DNA from: a virus
DNA: 64,000 bases
Strand: one strand, 5' to 3'
IMG/VR virus record: IMGVR_UViG_3300017991_000052
Part shown: piece by piece, positions 1-9,583 of the stretch
How the letters are laid out: every line of letters starts with the position of its first letter
Position numbering within the stretch: the first letter of the stretch is position 1
Made by a program: the position numbers and the translations under genes
Notes under the pieces: generated by a model
What the model was told of the DNA's origin: nothing
Databases searched by the model: none
Seen by the model: only the letters and a program-made list of their open reading frames with translations

Positions 1-2
1 GT

Positions 3-1814
3 AGTTTAGATGGAAAATGGTATAAAGCACAAGCAATATCTGGTAAATTATCAAATCTTGCAGTAGCAAGTGCTGATGGTTTAACAGATGAAGAAATAAC
101 ATTGGTTAGATTTGGATCAGTAGAGGCTTCAATATCAATTCCAAATTATCAAGATATATATTTATCTCAAGATGTTGCAGGTACTTATACTTCAACAGTC
201 CCTTCCTCAGGAATAGTGACATTTATTGGAACTTCAAAAACAAGTAATGCGCTTGATGTTGCAATAGGTATTACTTCTTATTCCCTTGAAGTAACTGGTG
301 CTGAAGATGTCGGAACTGCAATAATAACAGGAACTCTTGGTGAAACAATTGTATCTGGTCAACCAGCTTATCAAAAAGAAGAAGATGGTAAATGGTACTT
401 AGCTAAAGCAACTCTTGGAACACTTTCATCTCTTTCAATATGTAAAACTGGTGGAGATACAGATTCAACTGGAACATTTATACAATATGGGAATTTAGAA
501 GATTTAACAGGACTTCCAAATAGTTCAGAATTATTTTTATCTCAAACTATTGCCGGAGAAATAACAAGTACAGAACCAGCAACTGGTGTAATTGCTTATT
601 TAGGAATGAGTAGGGGTACAACTAATTTTGATGTATCAGTTGGTGTTGTTGCTTATGATAGGAGTGGTGGTGGAGGAGATACTGGTACAGCAGTAATTAC
701 TGGGACTCTTGGTGAAGATGTTAATAAAGGTCAAGCAGTATACCAAAAAGAATCTGATGGTAAATGGTATTTAGCAAAAGCTGCAGATGGTATGGTATCT
801 TCATTATCTATTTGTTTAATTGGTGGTTCTTCTGAAGAAACAGGAACTTTTTCAAGATATGGTACATTAGAAGATCTTTCGGGATTACCTGCAGATAGTG
901 AATTATATTTATCACAAGATACTGCAGGAGAATTAGCAACTATTTATAGTGATGGATTAAATATATATGTAGGTATAAGTAGAGGGACAGATGTTCTTGA
1001 TATTGCAATAGGAGTTATTGGTGGTTCAAGTGAGGGAGGCGGAGGATCTGCTTATATTACTGGAACATTAGGAGAAACAGTAACAGCTGGCCAACCAGTA
1101 TATCAAGATAAAAATAATGGATTATGGCAATTAGCACAAGCAACTTCAGAAAAAATTTCTAATTTATCTGTAGCAACAACAGCTGGAGTTTCTGGTGATC
1201 AAATAAGTATGACAAGATATGGTTCTATTGAAAGTATATCTGGATTACCTGAAAATGCTGAATTATATTTATCACAAGATTTACCAGGCGGAATTATTGG
1301 AGAAAAACCAGCATCTGGAGTAATAGCATATTTAGGTATAAGTCGCGGATCTACTGTAATGGATGTAGCTATTGCAATGGTAGCATATCAATCGGGTTCT
1401 GGTGGAGGATCTGTTCTTACTGGGATACTAGGTGAAACAGTTATTAAAGGCGATGTATGTTATCAAAAAGAATCTGATTCAAAATGGTATAAAGCTAGAG
1501 CAGTTGAAGGGGAAATAACAAATCTTTCAATAGCAACAATTGGTGGTAGTGCTGATAGTTCAATTACTTTTACAAGATATGGTAATTTAACTGAATTATC
1601 AGGATTACCAGATTCTAAAGAACTTTATCTTTCACAAACAACAGCTGGATCACTTACAGATGTTGCTCCAATATCTGGTGTAATTGCTTATGTTGGAATG
1701 AGTATTGGAACAACACAATTAGATGTGGCAATTGGGACAATTGCTTTTGAAGCTGGTGGTGAAAGTAGCGGGTCAGGAGGACCGAGATGGTCACTATTAT
1801 TAGGAGGTATGTAA
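3..1814 (+). CDS. Virion structural protein with at least 5 tandem ~120-aa repeats (5' truncated)
   Basis: Frame is open from nt 3 (SLDGKWYKAQA...). The unit ITGTLGE..GQ..YQ...DGKWY.A.A...YLSQ..AG recurs at about 324, 696, 1056 and 1416 with Gly-rich linkers. Confidence 0.7.
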   Translation, partial: SLDGKWYKAQAISGKLSNLAVASADGLTDEEITLVRFGSVEASISIPNYQDIYLSQDVAGTYTSTVPSSGIVTFIGTSKTSNALDVAIGITSYSLEVTGAEDVGTAIITGTLGETIVSGQPAYQKEEDGKWYLAKATLGTLSSLSICKTGGDTDSTGTFIQYGNLEDLTGLPNSSELFLSQTIAGEITSTEPATGVIAYLGMSRGTTNFDVSVGVVAYDRSGGGGDTGTAVITGTLGEDVNKGQAVYQKESDGKWYLAKAADGMVSSLSICLIGGSSEETGTFSRYGTLEDLSGLPADSELYLSQDTAGELATIYSDGLNIYVGISRGTDVLDIAIGVIGGSSEGGGGSAYITGTLGETVTAGQPVYQDKNNGLWQLAQATSEKISNLSVATTAGVSGDQISMTRYGSIESISGLPENAELYLSQDLPGGIIGEKPASGVIAYLGISRGSTVMDVAIAMVAYQSGSGGGSVLTGILGETVIKGDVCYQKESDSKWYKARAVEGEITNLSIATIGGSADSSITFTRYGNLTELSGLPDSKELYLSQTTAGSLTDVAPISGVIAYVGMSIGTTQLDVAIGTIAFEAGGESSGSGGPRWSLLLGGM

Positions 1815-1815
1815 A

Positions 1816-4188
1816 ATGGCAGGAGATGGAGGATTAATTGAGATTGTTGGGGGTCAAGAATTTGATCCTTCACAAACATTAACTTTAACAAATTCTAGTA
1901 CGGGGTTAATAGTAGAAAATGATGCCGCTGTTTATGGGACTCTTACTATAGGTGCGAGTTCTGTTAAAATTAATAATGATGGTATTATATTTCCCAATGG
2001 ATCTACTCAAACTTCTGCTGGAGGTGCTGGTGGTAGCGGAGCTGGATTAGAAGTAATTGAATTAAAATCTCAACTTGAAAAAATTGGGGTAGCTTATCCC
2101 ATATCAAATCCTAACATATTAAATGAAAGTTTTACAGATTCTGCGAATGAAGTAGTTACTCTTAGAACTGCTTATACAAGCGGTGGATCAACTATTATAG
2201 TTAATGTTGATAAAACTGATTTAGATTTAATGGATGCTACAACTGGATGGACTCAAAATACTGGGACGCCAACAATTGCTCAAGATACTGTGAATTTTAT
2301 TGAAGGCACAGCTTCTGTAAAAATGAGTAAAACAGCATTAAATGGGGATGCTGATATGTATAAAGATTTTACTGCATTTAGTATGAATAATACTCTTTTA
2401 ACAGTGTCAGCGCGACCAGATACATTAACAAATGTTGATTATTTATATATTGGAATTGGATCTTCTGCATCTGATAGTGTTTGGTATAAAATTGAAGATA
2501 CCGATTTAACAGCTGCACAATGGAATCATCTTACTATAAAATATGCATCAGATACTCCTTTTAGTACTGCTGGAACTTATGTGCCATCTGCTACTACTAG
2601 AATTTGGTTTGGAATTCATACATCTTCTTCTCAAGATGTTAATGTTAGTTGGGATTTTGTTACATGGTCTCCAGATTATACTTTACCTTTAGAAATACCT
2701 CAAAGAAGATATATTTGGGATGGAACAAATCAAGAAGAGATAATAATTTCTGCTGCCGCAGGAACAGGACTTGCGCAAAGAAATACATATACTATTTCTC
2801 CACTTACTTATTCTTATGCAATATCAGATACTTTTTCTAAAAGAAGAAATATAACAATTGATACATATACACGTAGAGGCGAATTTATGGCTGGGTTAAC
2901 TGGTGATGCTTCAAAAACTGCTTATGATAAAACAGGCAAATGGCTTCAAGAATCTGTTACAAGCGGAACATTAGATTTATCTCAAAGATGGTGGGATGAA
3001 AGTTTTAAATTAACAGATGTTCCTTCAACAACACAAATAAAAGCATATAGTGTAACTGATAAAAGCGGATATTTTAAAAATGGGGATAAAATTCTTTTAT
3101 ATGATTATAAAAAAATTGGTGGTAAATATAATTCAAGATACAACTCAACAATTGGTAGTAATGCAAAAATTGTTAATTTAACTTCAGATACAACTTATGC
3201 TAGTGGTAGTTATGAATTAACTTTTAATCATGATGGAACAAATGCCGGTGTTGATTCTTCAACATGGTATGTTGCAAGATATTCTGCAGAATTAGGATAT
3301 GCTTATGGGGCACAAGCAGATAATCCCGCGATAACATTTGAAAATCCTACTACTATTGTTCCTATTGGAGATTATATAGAATTTCCGCCTTCTTTATCTG
3401 CTTACTGGAATTTTGATAATGAAGTAGAAGATATAAGATATGGGAGAAATTTAACTCAATATGGAACGCCAACTAAAATTGCAGGAAAATTTATAAATGC
3501 ATATACTGGATTTTCTAGTAGTAATAGATTTTGTGCTTTTGATACAGCATTTGATTTAAATACAGATGAACATATTACTGTAGAAATGTGGTTAAAATTT
3601 GCGACATGGACAGGGACTTATCAAGTACCTTTTGAATGGTCAAGAAATGATGCTAATGCATTATCAAATCAACCATTTTTTATAATGTATGCTACAAATA
3701 GATTTTGGTGGAGTTACCATATAACTAATGCAGCGGCTGAATTTGATCCAACTCCTTATCGAGATGGCGAATGGCATTATATTGTAGGAACATTTAGTGG
3801 CGGTAGTGGAGGATATTTTAGACATTATTGTGATGGAGTTCAACAAGCAAGTTATTATGCATCAAGTACTGGATATTTTCATACAGCTTCTATGTATCCC
3901 GCTATTGGAGCTGATACATATAGTAGTGGAACGGTTGGTCGTTATCCGTGGTTAGGAGATATTTCAGAAGTTGCAGTTCATGTTGGATATGTAATGCCAA
4001 TCGAAGAAATACAAGCAAGATATGCCAACGGATTAGGTAAAAGATATGGATTTGGAACGGGATTTATTTCAAGACTTCAAAAATCTGGAATAGATGCTGA
4101 AAAATTATTTACTAGTACAAAATTAACACGACAAGATCCTACAAATCAAAATCCAAAAGTGTTCCAGAGAGATGCAATTATAACATAA
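1816..4188 (+). CDS. Tail fibre/receptor-binding protein with C-terminal LamG/concanavalin-like domain
   Basis: Thr/Ser/Gly-rich; SAYWNFD...ITVEMWLK...DGEWHYIVGT...GDISEVAV LamG pattern; SD AGGAGG. Confidence 0.7.
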   Translation: MAGDGGLIEIVGGQEFDPSQTLTLTNSSTGLIVENDAAVYGTLTIGASSVKINNDGIIFPNGSTQTSAGGAGGSGAGLEVIELKSQLEKIGVAYPISNPNILNESFTDSANEVVTLRTAYTSGGSTIIVNVDKTDLDLMDATTGWTQNTGTPTIAQDTVNFIEGTASVKMSKTALNGDADMYKDFTAFSMNNTLLTVSARPDTLTNVDYLYIGIGSSASDSVWYKIEDTDLTAAQWNHLTIKYASDTPFSTAGTYVPSATTRIWFGIHTSSSQDVNVSWDFVTWSPDYTLPLEIPQRRYIWDGTNQEEIIISAAAGTGLAQRNTYTISPLTYSYAISDTFSKRRNITIDTYTRRGEFMAGLTGDASKTAYDKTGKWLQESVTSGTLDLSQRWWDESFKLTDVPSTTQIKAYSVTDKSGYFKNGDKILLYDYKKIGGKYNSRYNSTIGSNAKIVNLTSDTTYASGSYELTFNHDGTNAGVDSSTWYVARYSAELGYAYGAQADNPAITFENPTTIVPIGDYIEFPPSLSAYWNFDNEVEDIRYGRNLTQYGTPTKIAGKFINAYTGFSSSNRFCAFDTAFDLNTDEHITVEMWLKFATWTGTYQVPFEWSRNDANALSNQPFFIMYATNRFWWSYHITNAAAEFDPTPYRDGEWHYIVGTFSGGSGGYFRHYCDGVQQASYYASSTGYFHTASMYPAIGADTYSSGTVGRYPWLGDISEVAVHVGYVMPIEEIQARYANGLGKRYGFGTGFISRLQKSGIDAEKLFTSTKLTRQDPTNQNPKVFQRDAIIT

Positions 4189-4198
4189 GGAGTAAGAA

Positions 4199-4384
4199 AT
4201 GAAGATACAGTTTGGGAATTTAAAAGTATTTATTGATTATAGTGAAAACTATACACAGGCTTATGCTTCTGATATGGAAAATCTTTATTATCAAGAAGGA
4301 CAAGTTTCAGATATTTCATTTGATTATGATGCAGAAAAAACATATATTGTAGAAACATTAAGCGCTTCTGGGTCTGGATCATAA
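4199..4384 (+). CDS. Small tail-associated protein
   Basis: SD AAGGAG, lies within the tail operon. Confidence 0.5.
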   Translation: MKIQFGNLKVFIDYSENYTQAYASDMENLYYQEGQVSDISFDYDAEKTYIVETLSASGSGS

Positions 4385-4400
4385 TTGAGGAGGAACTAAA

Positions 4401-5525
4401 ATGGCAGGTAATGGCGGTTTAATAGGGACAGGTCCAACATTTAATACTGCAGAATTTGAGGATATGTGTAAAACATATTCTGGAACTACTACTGTTAGTG
4501 GTGCAGATGCGGTTATAAATTTACCTTTTAATTGGGCTAATGGATTTGTAAAAATTATAAGATCTTTTACATCAGGAGAATATTTTGAAGATGATATAAA
4601 TAGTATAAATACTATTATGACTTCATATGATGCTTTGACAAATTCAAACTATACATCTGATCAAATACTTGAATTACTTTCCAGTGCTTCCCCATTAACT
4701 GCAGATAAATCTACTAATTTATCGGGGGTTCCTAAGTCAGCAACGACAACCTCTTTCACGCTTCATAATAGCGGAACTATTGTATATGTGAAATATTTTG
4801 TTTATGCGCCATATACCCAAGCGGTAACGATGGCAAATTTGCAGGTAGATGAGGTAATTACAAAAACTGGGAACCAAGAAAAATCAGGAACTTTAACTTT
4901 ATCTGCGGCAGGAACAGGATTAATTGTTGAAAATGATGCTGTAGTTTATGGAACACTAACAATCGGAGCGAGTTCTGTAAAAATAGATGAAACTGGAATT
5001 ACATATCCAGATGGAAATAAACAAACATCGGCTGGCGTTCCTTCTGGAACAGTCATGATGTATGGCGGAGCAACAGCTCCTACTGATTGGTTATTGTGCG
5101 ATGGTTCAGCAATTTCAAGAACTACATATGCTAGATTATTTAATGCGATAGGAACTACTTTTGGAGTTGGCGATGGTTCGACCACTTTTAATGTTCCAGA
5201 CTGTCGAGGTATTTTTGTAAGAGGTGCAGGAAGTCATGGCAGTTTAACTAATGCTAATGGTTCTCCTTTTTCGGGAACATTAGGTACAGAAGCAAATGAT
5301 AAAATACAAGGTCACTATCATTATCTTGACCCTGCAAAACATACTAACGCACAAAACATTCCTTCACCCACAGGCGGTGGGAATGCTCTAAGTGGAGGTT
5401 CTTTTTATCCTTCAAATTGGAGTAGTACTGGTGAACCTTATAATGACGGAACTAACGGAGCACCCAGATTTGGCACTGAAACTAATCCTGCAAACATTTG
5501 TTTAACATATATTATTAAGACCTAA
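4401..5525 (+). CDS. Tail fibre protein with phage tail collar domain
   Basis: PSGTVMMYGG..AP..WLLCDGSAISRTTYARLFNAIGTTFGVGDGSTTFNVPDCRG...ETNPANICLTYIIK is a classic tail collar signature. Confidence 0.85.
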   Translation: MAGNGGLIGTGPTFNTAEFEDMCKTYSGTTTVSGADAVINLPFNWANGFVKIIRSFTSGEYFEDDINSINTIMTSYDALTNSNYTSDQILELLSSASPLTADKSTNLSGVPKSATTTSFTLHNSGTIVYVKYFVYAPYTQAVTMANLQVDEVITKTGNQEKSGTLTLSAAGTGLIVENDAVVYGTLTIGASSVKIDETGITYPDGNKQTSAGVPSGTVMMYGGATAPTDWLLCDGSAISRTTYARLFNAIGTTFGVGDGSTTFNVPDCRGIFVRGAGSHGSLTNANGSPFSGTLGTEANDKIQGHYHYLDPAKHTNAQNIPSPTGGGNALSGGSFYPSNWSSTGEPYNDGTNGAPRFGTETNPANICLTYIIKT

Positions 5526-5536
5526 AGGAGCTGAAA

Positions 5537-6016
5537 ATGCCTAAATACTATGATGCATTAGGAAGATTAAAACAAGATATAAGTGGGACACCAAGAAAAT
5601 GTTGGAATGATGAAATGTACTATATAGATACAGTTTCGCCAGATGTGGCAATAGTTGTTCCAACAGCTACAGATATAGTAACGGCAGGAACTGAAAATGT
5701 ATCAGGCGAATTAGTATCAGTATCCGTATCGGGATTTAATAATACTTTCAATGAGGAATTTTATTTAGAGCTAGAAATCAACAGAGTTCGTAATACTAGA
5801 GACTCAAAACTTGCAGAAGTAGATTATATATTTGTAAGACAAAATGAGGAATTGACACTAATAGATGAGGGGATAATAACCACAACAACAATTCCTACAA
5901 GTGCATATATAGAGTTTTTAGAATATAAAAAAGAATTAAGAGATTTACCAGATACAATAACGAGTTTTGAGGATTTAAACTCTCTAACTTGGCCAACAAA
6001 ACCATCGGGGGGATAA
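5537..6016 (+). CDS. Tail fibre assembly chaperone-like protein
   Basis: RNTRDSKL..D...YKKELRDLP...WPTKP C-terminal signature; follows a fibre gene. Confidence 0.75.
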   Translation: MPKYYDALGRLKQDISGTPRKCWNDEMYYIDTVSPDVAIVVPTATDIVTAGTENVSGELVSVSVSGFNNTFNEEFYLELEINRVRNTRDSKLAEVDYIFVRQNEELTLIDEGIITTTTIPTSAYIEFLEYKKELRDLPDTITSFEDLNSLTWPTKPSGG

Positions 6017-6017
6017 T

Positions 6018-6941
6018 ATGTATAATCAAGCTATTATAAATGGTAATTTTGATATATGGCAAAGAAACACTTCTTTTACAAATCCTTCAAATGAAGATTA
6101 CACAGTTGATAGATGGAAAGTGGTAAGGGCGGATGCTTCAGGAACTGCACCAAATGTAAATGTTGAAAGAAGTACAACAAATTTACCAGCAAATGGTAAA
6201 AGTAAATATAATGTAAAATTATCTCCAACTTCTACTGGCTCAACTGGAGTAGGTATGAAATGGTTTTTTAGACAAATGGTAGAAGATTATGAAATATTTC
6301 AAGGGAAAACAGTTTCGGCTTCAGTAACAATGACGATACCAAATGGGGCTAAAATGTATTTACAGATATGGGATTATAATAGTGAAAGCTTTTCCTTACA
6401 ACAAACAGGAACTGGAAGTGAACAAACAGTAATATTGACTCATACAGTACATGCTTTGGCAGGAGCATTAGCAGTAGGAGTTATTTTAGCATACGACACT
6501 CAATTTGTAGCAACTGTCGGAGATTATTATTTTTCACAAGTTCAATTAAATGTAGGTGAAGTAGTACTACCCTTTCAACCAAAAACTTTTGAAGAAGAAT
6601 TATTAAAATGTCAAAGATATTATAGTAAAAGTTTTCCCTATGATAACTTTCCTGGAGGTGGAGCTGATTATTCTGGACAATGTGAGCTAACAGGTAGTTC
6701 ACCAAATGATACAGTACCTTCTATGGAATATCCTGTTCAAATGAGAACAACACCTACCGTAACTGTCTATTCTCCAGCTACAGGTACTTCTGGAGCAATT
6801 AGAAATTACGAATCATCTTCTGATATTACTTCTGTGTTAGTAGATGGCACGGGAGGGGATAGATTTAGAGTATATAAAGGGAGTGCTATTGTTGATTCTG
6901 TTCTATATGGTGTTCAATGGACTGCAGATGCTGAAATGTAA
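6018..6941 (+). CDS. Tail fibre-associated protein (carbohydrate-binding-like)
   Basis: IINGNFDIWQR...DRW...VQL..G....PF.....EEL..CQRYY...MRTTPT motif typical of phage tail proteins. Confidence 0.75.
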   Translation: MYNQAIINGNFDIWQRNTSFTNPSNEDYTVDRWKVVRADASGTAPNVNVERSTTNLPANGKSKYNVKLSPTSTGSTGVGMKWFFRQMVEDYEIFQGKTVSASVTMTIPNGAKMYLQIWDYNSESFSLQQTGTGSEQTVILTHTVHALAGALAVGVILAYDTQFVATVGDYYFSQVQLNVGEVVLPFQPKTFEEELLKCQRYYSKSFPYDNFPGGGADYSGQCELTGSSPNDTVPSMEYPVQMRTTPTVTVYSPATGTSGAIRNYESSSDITSVLVDGTGGDRFRVYKGSAIVDSVLYGVQWTADAEM

Positions 6942-6952
6942 GGAGTAAAAAT

Positions 6953-7108
6953 ATGACGATTTCAGGAAAATGGGATATTAACGATTATGAAGTAGTATAT
7001 ACTGAAACTGTAGAAACAAGCGCAATTAAACGAAGTGATAATGCATTTATTCCAATGAATGAAAATAATAAAGATTATCAAGAATATTTAGAATTAAAGG
7101 GGGAATAG
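6953..7108 (+). CDS. Small tail fibre assembly-like protein (51 aa; not in ORF track)
   Basis: MTISGKW...IKRSDNAFIPMNENNKDYQEYLELKGE; SD AAGGAG. Confidence 0.6.
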   Translation: MTISGKWDINDYEVVYTETVETSAIKRSDNAFIPMNENNKDYQEYLELKGE

Positions 7109-7111
7109 AAT

Positions 7112-7258
7112 ATGCCTACACAATTAACTCAATTATGGTATTGTCCTACATGTGATTCAAATGTACCATTAGAATATGTAATTTTTGTAATGAATGGAAC
7201 TGATAAAGAAATGATCTGTAAAATATGTGGCAGTGTTTGTCAGAAAGTCCCTGTTTAA
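7112..7258 (+). CDS. Small Zn-ribbon protein (48 aa; not in ORF track)
   Basis: MPTQLTQLWYCPTC...ICKICGSVCQKVPV, two CxxC; SD AAGGGGG. Confidence 0.55.
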   Translation: MPTQLTQLWYCPTCDSNVPLEYVIFVMNGTDKEMICKICGSVCQKVPV

Positions 7259-7277
7259 ATTTAATTAAGGAGAAAAT

Positions 7278-7499
7278 ATGGCTGGTGGTGGAGGATTAGT
7301 TGGCGCAGTCGACTTATCTAATTTAACTACAGATGTTTCAACAACCGGAAAAGGAACTTTTGGGGAACTAAAAGTAACTGGTAATTCGCCAACAGCTGGA
7401 AAAGCGCTAATTGCACAAGATAGTGAAGGAAATCTTAACTGGGGCGATGTAAGCGCAATAGGTGGAAATAAATTATCAATATTATTGATGGGAGGATAA
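7278..7499 (+). CDS. Small virion/tail adaptor protein
   Basis: N-terminus MAGGGGLVG resembles those of the 1816 and 4401 ORFs; ends LLMGG. Confidence 0.55.
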   Translation: MAGGGGLVGAVDLSNLTTDVSTTGKGTFGELKVTGNSPTAGKALIAQDSEGNLNWGDVSAIGGNKLSILLMGG

Positions 7500-7503
7500 G
7501 AAC

Positions 7504-7860
7504 ATGGCAGAGCAACCAAAACGATTAGGGGCAATAACAAGTACAGTGGCAGTCACTGGGGAAGCTTCTAGTGGGCAAATTTTATATACAGTTCCTGCAA
7601 GTACGAGCGCAATCGTATCTACCGTGATTGTTTGTAATCGTGGTGGTGCTTCGGGGACTTTTAGACTTGCTCATGTAGATGGCGGTGGCGTAGCGCAATT
7701 AGCCGATGAAGATTACTTATATTATGACGTAACAATTCCAGGAAATGATACTTTTACGGCAACAATAGGTCTAGGCATGGAGGCAACCGATTCGCTTGTT
7801 ATAAAAGGAAGTCTGGAAGCAATTAATTTTGTAGCAGAAGGTATTGAAATAACTGCATAA
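7504..7860 (+). CDS. Small beta-sandwich virion protein
   Basis: LYTVPASTSAIVSTVIVCN...YLYYD.TI pattern common in phage structural modules. Confidence 0.6.
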   Translation: MAEQPKRLGAITSTVAVTGEASSGQILYTVPASTSAIVSTVIVCNRGGASGTFRLAHVDGGGVAQLADEDYLYYDVTIPGNDTFTATIGLGMEATDSLVIKGSLEAINFVAEGIEITA

Positions 7861-7871
7861 GGAGTTGAAAG

Positions 7872-9572
7872 ATGACACAGGGGTTTGTTAAAAAGAACAG
7901 TTTAAATACTGTTCAATTTGAAAATATGACGAGAATGTATTCTGGAGAAGTAACAGTAACAGGTGGAGATACTACTGTTGATTTACCTTTTGATTGGACA
8001 GGAGGTTTTATTTGGTTACTTCATTCAGCTAGTGCTACAGAATGGACTGATGCTACAGGAAATTCAATGGGCTCTTTTGCAAGTTATGATTCTCTAACTA
8101 ATTCAAATTATACTAATTATCAATTAATACAAACACAAACGGCTGCTCCTTTTTTTAATGCAGTAGCAAAAACTTATAATGATAGAGGAATTATTCAATC
8201 TGCAACTCCGACATCTTTTACGATAAATAATCCTTCTGGAACTCAATATGTAAAATATTTTGTTTGGGCTCCGTATACTGAAACTTTAACAATGACAAAT
8301 GATGGAATTCAACAAACAGAAGTTCCTTATATGACTAGAATGTGTAGCGGTTTAACTACAGTAACTGGCGGTAGTGGAGATGTAACTGTAAATCTTCCAT
8401 TCGATTGGACTGGAGGTCATTTACAGGCATTTATAAGCAATGATTCAACAAAATGGTTGTCATCAACAGGTACAGTTCAAATTTATGATGCATCATATGA
8501 TTCGTTAACTAATAGTGCATACTCTGGTGGGAATCAAATTTTTTCTCATGATATTACCGATGGTGCAAGTCACCATTTAGTTCAGAAAACATCAAATTGG
8601 CCAGGACAACCAAAATCAGCAACTTCAACTTCGATAACATTTGAAGATGATGGTGCAACTACAGTATACATAAAATATTTTGTATGGGCTCCCTATACAG
8701 CAAAATTAATGGTACAGGCCGATAAACAATTAATGTTAAATGGTGCAGGAGCACCAGAAGGAATTACACCTAACGCAATAGGCGACCAATACATAGATAC
8801 TTCAAATGGAAAACTTTGGTATGCAGTAGGAACTACAACAAGTGATTGGATAAATACAAATGGTCAAAGAACAGGTGGAATATTAATTCCTGGATATGTT
8901 TATTCATATTGGAAATTAGACCACATTTCTGGAAACGCAGTGGATTATAGAGGAAATCAAATTCTAAATCAATATGGAACTGTTCCTAATGTAAACGGGA
9001 AATTTGGAAATGGTAAAGGACCTTTTTCTACTTCTAATTATTATGGAGTAGATTCTGGTGGGTCTTCTTCTACAGTATTTGATACAAATAATTTCTTCGC
9101 TGAATGCTGGATTAGATCGACGGGATTTTCGGGTTCTAATGAAGTAATTTTTGGAAAAAATAATGGAACGACAAGAACAGCAGGTTGGGGATTTCATGTA
9201 ATTGGAAGTTCACAAAAAATTGAATTTAGAGCAGGAAATAGTTGGGCACTTCTTTCTGATAGTGCAGCTTTAGATGATGGAAATTGGCACTATTTGGCTT
9301 TTGGTAATAGAGCTATTTCTGGAGCAAATGAGGGAAGATGTTTTGTTGATGGAACAGAACAATCATCTACTGCAACAGGTGCTTCATGGGCAAAAACAAC
9401 AGCTGATTTAATCATTGGCGGTGGAGATCAAGTGGGCGCAGTTGTTGGTGCAGCAACTGTCATAGAAATTGATGATTGCGTTTATTGGAGTAGTGTTCCA
9501 TCTTCGTGGACAGATATTCAACAATATGTAACTGATAGATGGAATTCCGGGGCTGGAAAACAGTATTCATAA
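7872..9572 (+). CDS. Receptor-binding protein: two N-terminal repeat domains plus LamG-like domain
   Basis: Two LPFDWTGG...YVKYFVWAPYT repeats; SYWKLD...ECWIR...DDGNWHYL...EIDD LamG pattern. Confidence 0.7.
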   Translation: MTQGFVKKNSLNTVQFENMTRMYSGEVTVTGGDTTVDLPFDWTGGFIWLLHSASATEWTDATGNSMGSFASYDSLTNSNYTNYQLIQTQTAAPFFNAVAKTYNDRGIIQSATPTSFTINNPSGTQYVKYFVWAPYTETLTMTNDGIQQTEVPYMTRMCSGLTTVTGGSGDVTVNLPFDWTGGHLQAFISNDSTKWLSSTGTVQIYDASYDSLTNSAYSGGNQIFSHDITDGASHHLVQKTSNWPGQPKSATSTSITFEDDGATTVYIKYFVWAPYTAKLMVQADKQLMLNGAGAPEGITPNAIGDQYIDTSNGKLWYAVGTTTSDWINTNGQRTGGILIPGYVYSYWKLDHISGNAVDYRGNQILNQYGTVPNVNGKFGNGKGPFSTSNYYGVDSGGSSSTVFDTNNFFAECWIRSTGFSGSNEVIFGKNNGTTRTAGWGFHVIGSSQKIEFRAGNSWALLSDSAALDDGNWHYLAFGNRAISGANEGRCFVDGTEQSSTATGASWAKTTADLIIGGGDQVGAVVGAATVIEIDDCVYWSSVPSSWTDIQQYVTDRWNSGAGKQYS

Positions 9573-9583
9573 GGAGTTGAAAA

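Noticed and set aside
5537-7499. ORFs ending in GG (5537 PSGG, 7278 LLMGG) as additional Ubls
   Set aside because: Neither looks like a beta-grasp protein; both match tail chaperone or structural patterns in a Gly-rich module.
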